From Felis catus (Eukaryota), in contig NC_058368.1 of the NCBI RefSeq assembly GCF_018350175.1, positions 137,580,001-137,644,000 on the forward strand: a DNA stretch of 64,000 nt, in the 5' to 3' direction. Position numbers and translations under genes: made by a program. The notes under the pieces were generated by a model. It did not search any database and was not told the DNA's origin. It was given only the letters and a program-made list of their open reading frames with translations. Below are positions 1-11,724 of this stretch, in pieces. Every line of letters starts with the position of its first letter. The stretch's first letter is position 1.

Positions 1-3000
1 GAGGAAAGTATATAGCAATCCAGGTCTTCCTAAAGAAGGAAGAAAGATCTCAGATACACAACCTAACCTTATGCCTTAAGGAGCTGGAAAAAGAACAGCA
101 AATAAAACCCAAAGCCAGTAGAAGACAGGAAATAAGAAAGATTAGAGCAGAAATCAATGCTATTGAAACCGAAAAAACAGTAGAACAGATCAATGAAACC
201 AGAAGCTGGTTCTTTGAAAGAATTAACAAAATTGATAAACCATTAGCCTGTTTAATCAAAAAGAAAAAGGAAAGGACCCAAATAAATGAAATCAAGAATG
301 AAAGAGGAGAGATCACAACCAACACAGCAGAAATAAAAATAATAAGAGAATATTATGAACAATTATATGCCAATAAAATGGGCAATCTGAAAGAAATGGA
401 TAAATTTCTAGAAACATATACACCACCAAAACTGAAACAGGAAGGAAGAAAATTTGAACAGACCCATAACCAGTAAGGAAATCAAATCAGTAATCAAAAA
501 TCTGCCAAAAAATAAGAGTCCAGGACCAGATGGCTTTCCAGGGGAATTCTACCAAACATTTAAGGAAGAGTTAACACCTATTTGCTCGAAGCTGTTTCAA
601 AAAATAGAAATGGGAGGAAAACTTTCAAACTCCTTCTATGAAACCAGCATTACCTTGATTCCAAAACCAGACAGAGACCCCACTGAAAAGGAGAACTATA
701 GACCAATTTCCCTGATGAACATGGATGCAAAAATCCTCAAAAAGATATTAGCCAATCGGATCCAACAATACATTAAAAAAATTACCACGACCAAGTGGGA
801 TTTATAACTGGGATGCAGGGCTGGTTCAATATCTGCAAAACAATTAACGTGATTCATTGCATCAATAAAAGAAAGGACAAGAACCATATGATCCTCTCAA
901 TAGATGCAGAGAAAGCATTTGACAAAATACAGCATCCTTTCTTGATAAAAACCCTCAAGAAAGTAGGGATGGAGCATACCTGGAAATCATAAAAGCCATA
1001 TATGAAAGACCCAACGCAAATATCATCCTCAATGGGGTAAAACTAAGACCTTTCCCCCTAAGGTCAGGAACAAGACAGGGATGTCCACTCTCGCCACTGT
1101 TATTCAACATAGTATTGGAAGTCTTAGCCTCTGCAATCAGACAACACAAATAAAAGGCATCCAAATCGGCCAGGAGGAGGTCAAACTTTCACTTTTCGCA
1201 GATGACATGATACTCTATATGGAAAACCCTAAAGAGTCCACCAAAAAACTGCTAGAACTGATTCATGAATTCAGCAAAATTGCAGCATATAAAATCAATG
1301 CACACAAATCGGTTGCATTCCTATTCACCAACAATGAAGCAACAGAAAGAGAAATCAAGCAATTGATCCCATTTATAATTGCATCAAAACCCATAAAATA
1401 CCTAGGAATAAATCTAACCAAAGAGGTGAAAAATCTATACACTGAAAACTATAGAAAGCTTATGAAAGAAATTGAAGAAGACACAGAAAAATGGACAAAG
1501 ATTACATGCTCCTGGATAGGAAGAACAAATATTGTTAAAATGTCGATACTACCCAAAGCAGTCTACATATTCAACGCAATCCCTATGAAAGTAACACCAG
1601 CATTCTTCACAGAGCTAGAACAAATAATCCTAAAATTTGTATGGAACCAGAAAAGACCCCGAATAGCCAAAGCGATCTTGAAAAAGAAAACCAAAGTAGG
1701 AAGCATCATAATCCCAGACTTTAAGCTATACTACAAAGCTGTAATCATCAAGTCAGTATGGTACTGGCACAAGAACAGATACTCAGATCAATGGAACAGA
1801 ATAGATAACCCAGAAATAGACCCACAAACGTATGGCCAATTAATCTTTGACAAAGCAGGAAAGAAAGTCCAATGGAATAAAGACAGTCTCTTCAGCAAGT
1901 GGTGCTGGGAAAACTGGACAGCGACATACAGAAGAATTTACCTGGACCACTTTCTTACACCATACACAAAAATAAACTCAAAATGGATGAAAGACCTAAA
2001 CGTAAGACAGGAAGCCATCAAAAGCCTCGAGGAGAAAGCAGGCAAAAACCTCTTTGATCTTGGCTGCAGCAACTTCTTACTCAACACGTCTCCGGACGCA
2101 AGGGAAACAAAAGCAAAAACGAACTATTGGGACCTCATCGAAATAAAAAGCTTCTGCACAGCGAAGGAAACAATCAGCAAAACTAAAAGGCAACTGACAG
2201 AATTGGAGAAGATATTTGCAAATGACATATCAGATAAAGGGTTAGTATCCAAAATCTTTAAAGAACTTATCAAACTCAACGCCCAAAAAACAAATAATCC
2301 AGTGAAGAAATGGGCAAAAGACATGAATAGACACTTCTCCAAAGAAGACATCCAGATGGTCGACACATGAGAAAATGCTCCACATCACTCATCATCAGGG
2401 AAATACAAATCAAAACCACAATGAGATACCACCTCACACCTGTCAGAACGGCTAACATTAACAACTCAGGCAACAACAGATGTTGGCGAGGATGAAGAGA
2501 AAGAGCATCTCTGCATTCCTGGTGGGAATGCAAGCTGGTGCAGCCACTCTGGAAAACAGTATGGAGGTTCCTCAAAAAACTAAAAATAGAACTACCCTAT
2601 GACTCAGCAATTGCACTACTAGGCATTTATCCAAGGGATACAGGTGTGCTGTTTCGAAGGGGCACATGCGCCCCCAATGTTTATAGCAGTGCTATCAACA
2701 ATAGCCAAAGTATGTAAAGAGCCCAAATGTCCATCGATGGATGAATGGTCAAAGAAGAGGTGGTGTATATATACATACAATGGAGTACTACTCGGCAATC
2801 AAAAAGAATGAAATCTTGCCATTTGTAACTACGCGGATGGAACTAGAGGCTGTTATACTAAGTGAAAGTAGTCGGTCAGAGAAAGACAAATATCATATGA
2901 CTTCACTCATATAAGGACTTTAAGAGTTAAAACAGATGAACATGAGGAAAAGGAAACAAAAATAATATAAAAACTGGGAGGGGGACAGAAACATAAAAGA

Positions 3001-3170
3001 CTCTTAAATATGGAGAACAAACAGAGGGTTACTGAAGGGGTTGTGAGAGGGGGGATGGGCTAAATGGGTAAGGGGCATTAAGGAATCTACTCCTGAAATC
3101 ATTGCTGCACTATATGCTAACTAGTTTGGATGTAAATTAAAAAAAATAAAATTAAAAATAAAGTAAAAAA
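1..3170 (+). mobile_element. Young carnivore/felid LINE-1, 3' portion (ORF2 RT and C-terminal region, 3'UTR, poly-A); 5' part lies outside the window; ORF2 is frameshifted
   Basis: ORFs 454-807, 795-992 and 1081-2370 give L1 ORF2 motifs ([50 protein letters not shown]); ORF2 stop ~2912-2914; G-rich 3'UTR; A-rich tail ~3140-3170. Confidence 0.97.
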
Positions 3171-3460
3171 ATTTTTTTAATCTGTTGTTTAACTTAGTAA
3201 TTCATCACTTTGGATAATTTGTCCTAAGAAAATAATCAGAGAAGTAACCAACGGTGTATACACAAAGATGTTTGTTGCAACATTATTTATAATATGAAAA
3301 ATTGGGAGGACTGGTTAAATGGATTACTTGCACTTGGTGAGATACTATGTAGGTATTAAAAATAATCTTGAAGATTTGTAGTTATGGAGATAGAAATAAT
3401 GCTATGATATTAGAAAGTAAAATGTAAGACACACTCTTTTTTAAAAAGTGCATACATCTC

Positions 3461-3660
3461 GGGTCGCCTGGGTGGCTCGGTTAAGCGACCGACTTCGGCT
3501 CAGGTCATGATCTCGTGGTGAGTTTGAGCCCTGAGTCGGGCTCTGTGCTGACAGCTCAGAGCCTGGAGCCTGCTTCGGATTCTGTGTCTCCCTCTCTCTC
3601 TCTGCACCTCCCCTGCTCACACTCTGCCTCTATCTCAAAAATAAATAAAACATTAAAAAA
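3461..3660 (+). mobile_element. CanSINE (SINEC_Fc-type) with 18-bp TSD
   Basis: tRNA-derived head, CT-rich body, AATAAA/poly-A; TSD aaaaagtgcatacatctc at 3443-3460 and 3660-3677. Confidence 0.93.
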
Positions 3661-3677
3661 AAAAGTGCATACATCTC

Positions 3678-3800
3678 AAGCAATCTTCCCATGGTCAGTG
3701 CAGAGCCCTACATAGGGCTCAAGCCCATGAACCGGGAGATCATGACCTGAGCCAAAATCAAGAGTTGATGCTTAACCGACTGAGCCACCCAAGCACACCT
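3678..3800 (-). mobile_element. Older CanSINE fragment
   Basis: gagatcatgacctgagccaaaatcaagagt...ttaaccgactgagccaccca is the reverse complement of the SINE head. Confidence 0.8.
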
Positions 3801-3869
3801 AAATTTCTTTTTTTTTTTTTTTTTTTACTTCTCAGTAGATACATCTATACTCAAAACTTTCTACTTCTT

Positions 3870-4519
3870 TCTTAAATATAATTCATTGTCAAGTTAGATA
3901 ACATACCGTGTATACAGTGTGCTCTTGGCTTCAGGAGTAGATTCCCATGATTCATCACTTACATACAATATCCAGGGCTCATCCCAAGTGCCCTTCTCGA
4001 TGCCCATCACCCATTTTCTCCTCTCGCCCACCCTGCATCAACCCTCAGTTTGTTTTCTATATTTAAGAGTCTCTTATGGTTTGCCTCCCTCTCTCTTTGA
4101 AACCGTTTTTTCCCCTTCCCTTCCACTATGGTCATCTGTTAAGTTTCTCAAGTTCCACAGATGAATGAGAACATATGATATCTGTCTTTCTCTGCTTGAC
4201 TTATTTCACTTAGCATAATACCCTCCAGTTCCATCTACCTTGCTGAACATGGCAGGATTTCATTCTTTCTCATTGCCAAGGAATATTCCGTTGTATATAT
4301 AAACCACATCTTCTTTACCCATTCATCAGTTGCTGGACATTTGGGTTCTTTTCCGTAATTTGGCTATTGTTGATAGTGCTGCTATGAACATTGGGGTACA
4401 TGTGCCCCTATGGATCAGCACTCCTGTATCCTTTGGATAAATTCCTAGCAGTGCTATTGCTGGGTTGTAGGGTCAGTCTATTTTTAATTTTTTGAGGAAC
4501 CTCCACAGTTTCCCAGAGT
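3870..4519 (-). mobile_element. 5'-truncated carnivore L1 (3'UTR plus ORF2 C-terminus)
   Basis: Antisense L1 3'-end sequence (tttattgtcaagttag...-like, cccatgattcatcacttacatac, ttggctattgttgatagtgctgct, gaggaacctcca). Confidence 0.9.
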
Positions 4520-4538
4520 TCGACTCCTTTCCTTAACT

Positions 4539-4912
4539 CTGTTTATCATTAACCTTCTCGTATTAATTATGCCACTTCTACTCACCATAGCATTCATTAC
4601 ACTAACTGAATGAGAAGTACAAGGGTATATACAACTCCCTATGGGACTAAAGTGAAACCTCAGGGTTTGCTCTATCCCCTTGTTGAAGCCATCATGCTGT
4701 TTGTTAAAGAACCGTTACACCCATTATCATTAATATCTGTTACAGCACCAATCCCAGCCCTCACTTTGGCCCCAACAATACGAATTCCATTACCCATACC
4801 ATATCCAAAAATCCACACAAACCTGGATGGACTATATACATTAGCCGTATCAAGCCCAGCCATATATTCAACTCTCTGGTTAGACTGAACCTCAAATTCA
4901 CAATATGCTTTG
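4539..4912 (+). pseudogene. ND1: NUMT-derived ND1 pseudogene fragment (N-terminal ~120 codons)
   Basis: From CTG at 4539 (mt code): LFIINLLVLIMPLLLTMAFITLTE.EVQGYMQL, versus mammalian [33 protein letters not shown]; later LFVKEPLHP, APIPALTLA, PLPIPYP and an SNS.YAL-like end; frameshifted. Confidence 0.92.
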
Positions 4913-4923
4913 AAGTGGGGAGG

Positions 4924-4989
4924 AGCCCCAGCAGAATTGAAGCTGCTTCTTTGGATTTGCCATTTGTAATGTTATTCATTATAGGGCTT
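4924..4989 (-). pseudogene. NUMT mitochondrial tRNA-Cys pseudogene, preceded by the 3' arm of the L-strand origin OL (~4913-4926)
   Basis: agccccagcagaattgaagctgcttctttggatttgc resembles the L-strand-encoded mt tRNA-Cys; aagtggggaggagcccc resembles the OL arm aaggcgggagaagcccc. Confidence 0.82.
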
Positions 4990-5054
4990 GGTAAAAAGAA
5001 GACTCAACCTCTGTCTTTAGATTTACCATCTAGTGCTTGCTCAGCCATCTCACC
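4990..5054 (-). pseudogene. NUMT mitochondrial tRNA-Tyr pseudogene
   Basis: ggtaaaaagaagactcaacctctgtctttagatttac...gctcagccatctcacc lies immediately before the COX1 ATG, as in mtDNA. Confidence 0.88.
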
Positions 5055-5055
5055 A

Positions 5056-5673
5056 ATGTTCATAAACCACCAATTATTCTCAACAAACCATAAACATCTT
5101 GCCACTCTACACCTGTTTGGGGCGCCTGAGCTGGAATAGGTACTGTCTTAAGCCTTTCCATCCAAACCCAGCGAGGTCAGCCTGGAGCTTCACCAGGAGA
5201 TGATCAAATGCACAGGGTACGGAACTGTAACCGCCTGCGCATTCGTAGTCCTTTTTTTCACAGTTAGACCTATTATCGTTGGAAAGCTTGAAAACTGGCT
5301 AGTTCCACCGGTAACTGGAGCTCCTGATGTAGCAGCGCTTCCCCAAATAAATAATGTAAGTGTGTGATGTCTTCCACCGTCATTTCTACCGCTACTTGTG
5401 TCATGAGGATGTGAAGCAAGGGCAGGGGCAGGCTCAGCAGGAGATCCACTTTTAGTTGGCAATCAAGCACATGTGGCCGCTTCTGTTGACCTATTTTTTC
5501 TCCTACATTTATCAAGCGGATATGCAGTTTTAGGTGCTATTAACTTTTTTTACCCCAATTATTGCTATAAAACCTCCAGTTAGATCTCAGTACCCAACAC
5601 CACTATTTGTCAGAGACGTCCTAATTTCCGCCTTCCTAGCACTATTGCCTGTCCCAGCTCTAGCCGGAGGGGA
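5056..5673 (+). pseudogene. COX1: NUMT-derived COX1 pseudogene fragment (N-terminal ~205 codons)
   Basis: ATG at 5056: MFMNHQLFSTNHKHLATLHL, versus MFxNRWLFSTNHKDIGTLYL; later GQPG..GDDQ, NWLVP..GAPD, ASVDL, LGAINF, KPP..SQY.TPLFV, LPVPALAG; multiple frameshifts. Confidence 0.93.
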
Positions 5674-5958
5674 AACTGAGACACGAAGCCAGGACAGGAT
5701 GCAGTCTCGTGGTTCCTGTCCGTGTTCCTTTTATTGGCCGCAAAGGGAACTCCCCCAGGTATCACTGGTGTTCTCCAGCTGGCCTCCCACATAAGGGTTC
5801 TTTGCCACATGGGCAAAGAAAAGGTCTCCCAAATTGAAGATGCCAGAAAGATCTAAGCAGGTTAAGACGCAGCTGAGGGGAGACGACCCCCATTGGGATA
5901 AACACTCACCAGGTGGGGTAGAGAGATACTGTCTGAAATGAAACTCATCTGCTTATAT

Positions 5959-5962
<4 letters not shown>

Positions 5963-5996
<34 letters not shown>
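5963..5996 (+). repeat. (GA)n microsatellite
   Basis: Direct reading. Confidence 0.9.
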
Positions 5997-5999
<3 letters not shown>

Positions 6000-6699
6000 G
6001 AGGGAGGATGCCTTCTGCTGGCCAGGGCCCAGTGCAGAGATGGCTCCCTACCCCGTGATCATCAGGTGTGCTGCCCTTTGCTGAGCGTGCATTTCAGTGT
6101 CCAAAGCCTCTCTTCCCCTCAACTCCTAGAGCAGCTTTCATGAGTCTGGGCAATGTCCTTATGACATCAGGCCTGGAGATGTCATGGGGACTTCACTGCC
6201 CCATCCTAAAGTCCCTTCTTGGAAAGTCCACTGCCTTCCTCAGCGATTCCTTCTGTGGGCCTTCTTTGGCCTACCCTTTGCACAGATGTTCCCGGAGATG
6301 AAGCCAAATCTCTCCGATGTGGCTTTAGCCACTTCCTCCCCAAGGTCTGCAGGTGGAGCCAGCATCCCACCTGGTGCTGTGGGCCCGCCTGTCAGGAGAG
6401 GCTCAGGAAGCCACCCCGCAGCCTCAGAGGACGGACTCTCCCATCCGGCAGACCTGGCTCTCAGGTATCTGGTCAGCTTCCCAGCACATCCCGAAGATGA
6501 TCATGGGACTAGCACAGGAAAGATGGACAGGAAGAGTCAGCTCGCTCTGCCTGAGGGAACAAGGGGAGCACTTACTGTAGAGAGACATGCTGGGAAAAGA
6601 GCCATCTGGTCAGATCGTGCCATCTTGGAAAGGGCTCACGTGGATGTGATGAATGATACAGCTGCTTTTCCCCACATCCTCCCAGAGGACCATGCTCCC

Positions 6700-7885
6700 C
6701 AGAGCCACTGTCAGACCTTCTCTCCTCCTGCCCTTGCAAACCCACCTCCTGGAATGTGCACACACAGTCTCCCCTGTTGCCACTGTTCACTACCCTCCCA
6801 ATGACTCTGCTCATTGGCGGTTTTGGCCCCTTCATCGCTGCCTCTCTCTCTCCCGCCTGCGTTTCCTCATCAGCCATGCTGATTTCAACAGCCATGTCAG
6901 CCGTCTGGCCGGCATACTGGCCTCTCCATTCCTTGACCTCGCATCAGTCAGCTACTCACCGCCATGATCATACTCCAGACTTTGCCATGACAACTCCAAC
7001 CCCTCCATAATCTTAATCTTAGGCATCCCACTCTCTAACCACCACTTTCTGTCTTTCCAGATCATTCCATCTGGTACCTCACAACATTCTTCAACCCCAT
7101 TGATCTTATCACCATTTACCGATCCCCACTCCTTGTGGTCCCCATTCCCTTGTTACCCACCTCGGATGCTGTTGCCCATCACGACCACTCCTTACAATAT
7201 TCTCAACCCCGTTACCCCTCTTATTGGGATGAAAAAACACTAGTCTTGGTTGGAGCTTACTTTCCCACTGCTCTGATCTGCTCCGATCGCCACAGAAGAG
7301 ACACACACTGCCCAGCCCTGCTTTTCATTCATGACCACCAGCCACCGGTAGCCCCATCCACGTGGGCACCCTCCTATAGAGTGCAGCCCCTCTTTTGCTC
7401 TCTTGGGATGACTGTTCCGTGCCTACTTTCTTGTCACTCCTCCCTTGCTCTGCCCCTGCTGCACTTGCCTTCTCGGTGTTCCCCGGGCATATCCCACCCT
7501 CCACGCGCATTCCCACTGTGCATGCCCCTTTGCAGGCAGTGTCTTCTGCCTGGACGTCTCCTCCAGGTCTCTGCACACCTCACTCTCTCACTTAACTTGG
7601 ATGTCTGTCCCAATGTCGCCTCCTCGGCGAATCCGTTCCGGACCACTCTTTCTGAAATAGTGCCCCTGCCACCATTACACGGCTCAATTGTTTTCTTCGT
7701 AGTGTTCATCTCCGCTGGAAATTACAGACTTGTGGATTTGCCTGTTTGTGCTCCGCCTCCTCATCTAGAAGGTGAGCTGCCCAAGGGCAGGACCTATCTG
7801 TCTCTGCCACCTTTGCACCCTAAGCACCTAGAATATGCCCTGGCATGTAGGGATTAAACGTATTTGTCAACAAGTGATTGAATTG
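6700..7885 (+). mobile_element. Ancient L2 LINE (endonuclease-domain remnant joined to the L2 3' end)
   Basis: Translations VATVHYPP, HADFNSHV, LASPFLDL, ATHRHDHTPDF, IPLSNHHFLSFQ resemble L2 APE motifs (IYRPP, GDFNIHV, GHTLDL, SDHH); 3' end cacctagaatatgccctggcatgtag...tgattgaattga. Confidence 0.75.
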
Positions 7886-7916
7886 ATAAATACTGCTTGG
7901 TTGAGGAAAAGAAAAC

Positions 7917-8143
7917 TTTTTTTTTTTTAATTTTTTTTTTCAACATTTATTTATTTTTGGGACAGAGAGAGACAGAGCATGAACGGGGGAGGGGCAGAGA
8001 GAGAGGGAGACACAGAATCGGAAACAGGCTCCAGGCTCTGAGCCATCAGCACAGAGCCCAACGCGGGGCTCGAACTCACGGACCACGAGATCGTGACCTG
8101 GCTGAAGTCGGACGCTTAACTGACTGCGCCACCCAGGCGCCCC
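7917..8143 (-). mobile_element. Young felid SINEC_Fc with TSD aagaaaactttt
   Basis: Near-consensus antisense SINE ending gactgcgccacccaggcgcccc. Confidence 0.95.
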
Positions 8144-8151
8144 AAGAAAAC

Positions 8152-8359
8152 TTTTTTTTAAGCTTATTTATTTTGAGTGAGAGAGAGAGAGCAAACAGGA
8201 GAAGGGCAGAGAAGGAGAGAGAAAAAAATCTCAAGCAGCCTCCATGCTGCAGCACAGAGCCCAACGCAAGGCTTGAACTCATGAACCGTGAGTTCACGCA
8301 TGACCTGAGCTGAAACCAAGAATCGAACGCTTAACTGACTGAGCCATCCAGGTGCGTGC

Positions 8360-8398
<39 letters not shown>
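8152..8398 (-). mobile_element. Older CanSINE followed by a (GT)n microsatellite (~8353-8398)
   Basis: Antisense SINE head ...cttaactgactgagccatccaggtgc, then a tg repeat. Confidence 0.85.
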
Positions 8399-8401
<3 letters not shown>

Positions 8402-9226
8402 AATGTAACCTTTAATTCAGCCTTCCCAGGAATAGATTTTCTTTTCTCCAATTAGTGAGCTTTCATTTATAACGCTGAGATTACAAATAGTTATGGCCTA
8501 TTCTGAGGACTGTGATTTAATATTCATTAGAATCCCTAGGAATATTGGAGAGTTGAAAACATGACCTAATGGCCAGCTACTGTATCTCTAAGAATGTACC
8601 TGATGGGGAACGCCCCTTCATATACATACATATTCTCTTTTACGATGGCTCTATGGATATTTAATTCACTTACGCTTTATGTTTTAAATGGGTACTTCTC
8701 TCTGACATCTTCCAGTTCTTGGCGTTAAGAGAAATGGGTTTGATTACAAAGAGCATAAAGATCTGAGGGTAAATTTTTTCATTTTGAATAATAGCCAAAG
8801 GTTGGATGAAAATAAAACTCACACTACAACTCTCGAGTTGGTAATGGGAAGTCAGGTTTGCTAATGATCTGTGAAGCTGTACAATTATTTCCAAGATGCT
8901 TTTTTTCCCTCTTGCAGTCCTCCTGGTTGGAGCCATAAACTGCACAGCTGACTAGGCAGGACTATCAGAAGTATGAACCGACTGTATTATTCTGTCTCCA
9001 GACCAGTGAGATGCGGCATCTGATAGACACACACCCGGCCTATCAGCAGAGCATGTTCCTAGCTGAGGCCGTTCTGTTTTCTACCTGGTCTAGTCTCTTC
9101 GCTGAGCCAGCAGAAGTGGATCAGGAGCACTAGACCCCCGAGGGCCACGGAGAGCTCATCGCCACAGTCGTCCAGCGTTGGGAGACTCTGTACAGAGACG
9201 ATGGTCGAGCTGACTGCCTAGGAGGC

Positions 9227-9421
9227 TTATTTTTGAGACAGAGAGAGACAGAGCATGAACCGGGGGAGGGTCAGAGAGAGAGGGAGACACAGAATCTGAA
9301 ACAGGCTCCAGGCTCTGAACGGTCAGCACAGAGCCCGACGCGGGGCTCGAACTCACGGACCGCGAGATCATGACCTGAGCTGAAGTCGGCCGCTTAACCG
9401 ACTGAGCCACCCAGGCGCCCC
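9227..9421 (-). mobile_element. CanSINE (SINEC_Fc-type)
   Basis: Antisense SINE ending actgagccacccaggcgcccc. Confidence 0.93.
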
Positions 9422-10852
9422 GGTACTTTCCCTAAATTTTCTGTACTGTAGAAACATGCGGGCTTCCAGACAGCTCCACCCCGGCCAAGCTCTCGGCTGC
9501 TAAGCAACCAATTACTTGATGGCTTGTAGCAGAACTCATACCTTACTGTCCCAGGACTATGCAGGAAAGACATGGCTGGCAGCACCCCTTAGACCTGTCC
9601 TTCCTTTCTTCTATTCACTCTTATGCATCCTCCTTCTATAGGGAGGAGAAAGACAACAAAATACACTGCTCTGGCCTTGGAGGAACTCAAATCAGGTAGA
9701 GGAGGTCGGCAGGGTTCTACTTTAGCATGATATTTGTTATTTCACTTTATATGGTTAGATTCTATGTACTTTGCACACCATTTTAACTATACAGTGTGTG
9801 AATAAATAAAAGAAACTATAAGTTCCTAAGTTTGATTCCTCAACACCTCCCTTCTGAATGTTAGCACTGCTCTCTTTGCTGCTCAAGGCTCCCTCCACTT
9901 GCCACCTATCCCGTAAGCTGTGACTTTGCTAATTCTCTACTGGAGAACTTTCATTGGTTCTCCTTTGTCCGTAGAACTGAGTAAAACCCTCCCAATCTGG
10001 TACTGAAGGATTTCAAAATTATCATCCTTCTGACTTTTCCAGGTAAATTTCCCTCCTACTTCCCTTGACCTTGTTCAATATTTTAGCCTGTATCAGTCTG
10101 TTAATTACTTCCAAAGCACTCTTCAAATCTCTGATCTTTGCCCACGAAGATCTACCATGACAATGAGAAACAGAAATGCAAATTCCCTATTTGACACAAC
10201 TAGAGGATTTTTATGTTGCAAAATCACAAAACATGATGTAGAGCTGTCCGCACAATGGCAGTCAAACAGAATATGAGAAGATCCTGAGAGTACTGAAGAT
10301 TGTAGTGAGAGTAGGCTAGCTACTCCCTCCCCCCTCCCCTACCTCATTAACAGGTGAAAGCAAACATCTCAAGTAAGAAGGGTGCCTTTTGGAATGCTGG
10401 CGAGAGTCCTAAAGGAAACCTAACGAAACCGAAACCGATAATACATGGTTCTCCAAAAGTTGGTGACCATTCTGAGGGGTAAAAATAAAAACCTCTTTAG
10501 CAACGAGAACAAGCAAGTGCCTGGCAGCAGGAGTTACTCTGGACCCCATTTGTCTCCAAGATAATGCAAGGGAAGAAGGACCAAATGTGGAATCACATGT
10601 TTAAGCCATATTTACATGGTCCATCTGAAGAACCCTATAGTTGCAATCTTTGTTGGCTTGGGAGAAGTAAAGTCTAAAAGAACTTAGTCATGCACCTAAC
10701 CTCGGGTCATAGGAGAATTCCTGTTATGGTCTGGAACACAGGCCTGACCTCTCCCCACACACAACTCCTAAAAGTGTCTTGCCCATGAAGTACTCATCTT
10801 ATCCAAAGAAGGGTCATTTTAAAATGTCAGTTTATAAAAGGGTCATTTTAAA

Positions 10853-11062
10853 GTACCTGGGTGGCTCAGTCGGTTAAGTGTCTGACTTCGGCTCAGGTCA
10901 TGATCTCACAGCTCATGAGTTCAAGCCCTGCGTCGGGCTCTGTGCTGACAGCTCAGAGCCTGGAGCCTGCTTCATGTTCTTTGTCTCCCGTCTCTTGGCC
11001 CCTCCCATGCTCATGCTCTGTCTCTGTTTCTCAATAATAAATAAACGTTAAAAAAAATTAAA
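10853..11062 (+). mobile_element. CanSINE
   Basis: cctgggtggctcagtcggttaag head, aataaataaacg and A tail. Confidence 0.92.
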
Positions 11063-11079
11063 ATGTCTGTATAGTAACA

Positions 11080-11360
11080 GTTAAGCAAAAAGGAGAAAGA
11101 ACAAAAGATTGAGAAACATGACAGGAAAAAACAAATGGCAGATGAAATATACTCACAAGAAATAATCTTTCCATGAAAGAGATGAAAAATGAGACCAAAT
11201 ATAAAATCATGAATTTAAAAATGTCATGAAGTAATTACTTCCACGAAACAAGAGCATAATGAAGACAAACAAGAGCTCATGATAAGACTAGTAAGAAAGT
11301 AGGAAATGAAAGATGAACTGACAGAGCTAAAGAAAGAATTGGAACAAGGCATTGAAGGGA
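11080..11360 (+). mobile_element. Possible ancient L1/HAL1 ORF1-like fragment
   Basis: Very A/G-rich degenerate sequence with coiled-coil-like translation (MKDELTELKKELEQG); family not established. Confidence 0.35.
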
Positions 11361-11667
11361 ATGTTAAGGTCCCGCATGAGCAACTAGGGGCAAATAAAAT
11401 GAAATTATTATTTATGTTATAGGTCAGTCATGTAAATTCATACCTAGGGTCAGCCTTATGAAGCCCAGGACTCTTGGCTTGCTTTACTTGGATCCAGACC
11501 TGGCTGGTCTATGTCTTCTGTCTTTTATCCTTAGAAGCTTTTTTCCAGTTTCACTAGGACTGCTGTATCCTCTTGGTTGACTGATGGCCTAGCTCCTGTT
11601 CCATCTTCGATTTTGACACAGGGCATCTTCTGGTTCTGTTTTGTTTCCATCTCTCAGCATCTTGTCT

Positions 11668-11724
11668 CGTCTCATCTCATCTCATCTCATCTCATCTCAT
11701 CTCATCTCATCTCATCTCATCTCA
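11668..11724 (+). repeat. (TCTCA)n pentanucleotide microsatellite at the tail of an antisense L2 fragment (~11725-11900)
   Basis: About 11 ctcat units, followed by cattcagcaaatatttactgagcacctac. Confidence 0.85.

Larger units (their letters stand above)
4512..5673 (+). pseudogene. NUMT (old nuclear mitochondrial insertion): tRNA-Leu(UUR) 3' end, ND1 5' part, OL, tRNA-Cys, tRNA-Tyr, COX1 5' part
   Basis: Degenerate but recognisable mtDNA in standard vertebrate order apart from one internal deletion; see sub-features. Confidence 0.93.

Noticed and set aside
4610..5794. ORFs resembling ND1/COX1 as functional genes or contaminating mtDNA
   Set aside because: Frameshifted, heavily diverged and embedded in nuclear repeats, so a NUMT pseudogene
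6184..6804. 206-aa ATG-initiated ORF
   Set aside because: No recognisable homology or splice structure; it runs into L2-derived sequence. A faint CR1 ORF1 resemblance was not convincing
7135..7857. 240-aa ORF
   Set aside because: Lies within degenerate L2 sequence, with a non-ATG start and low-information composition
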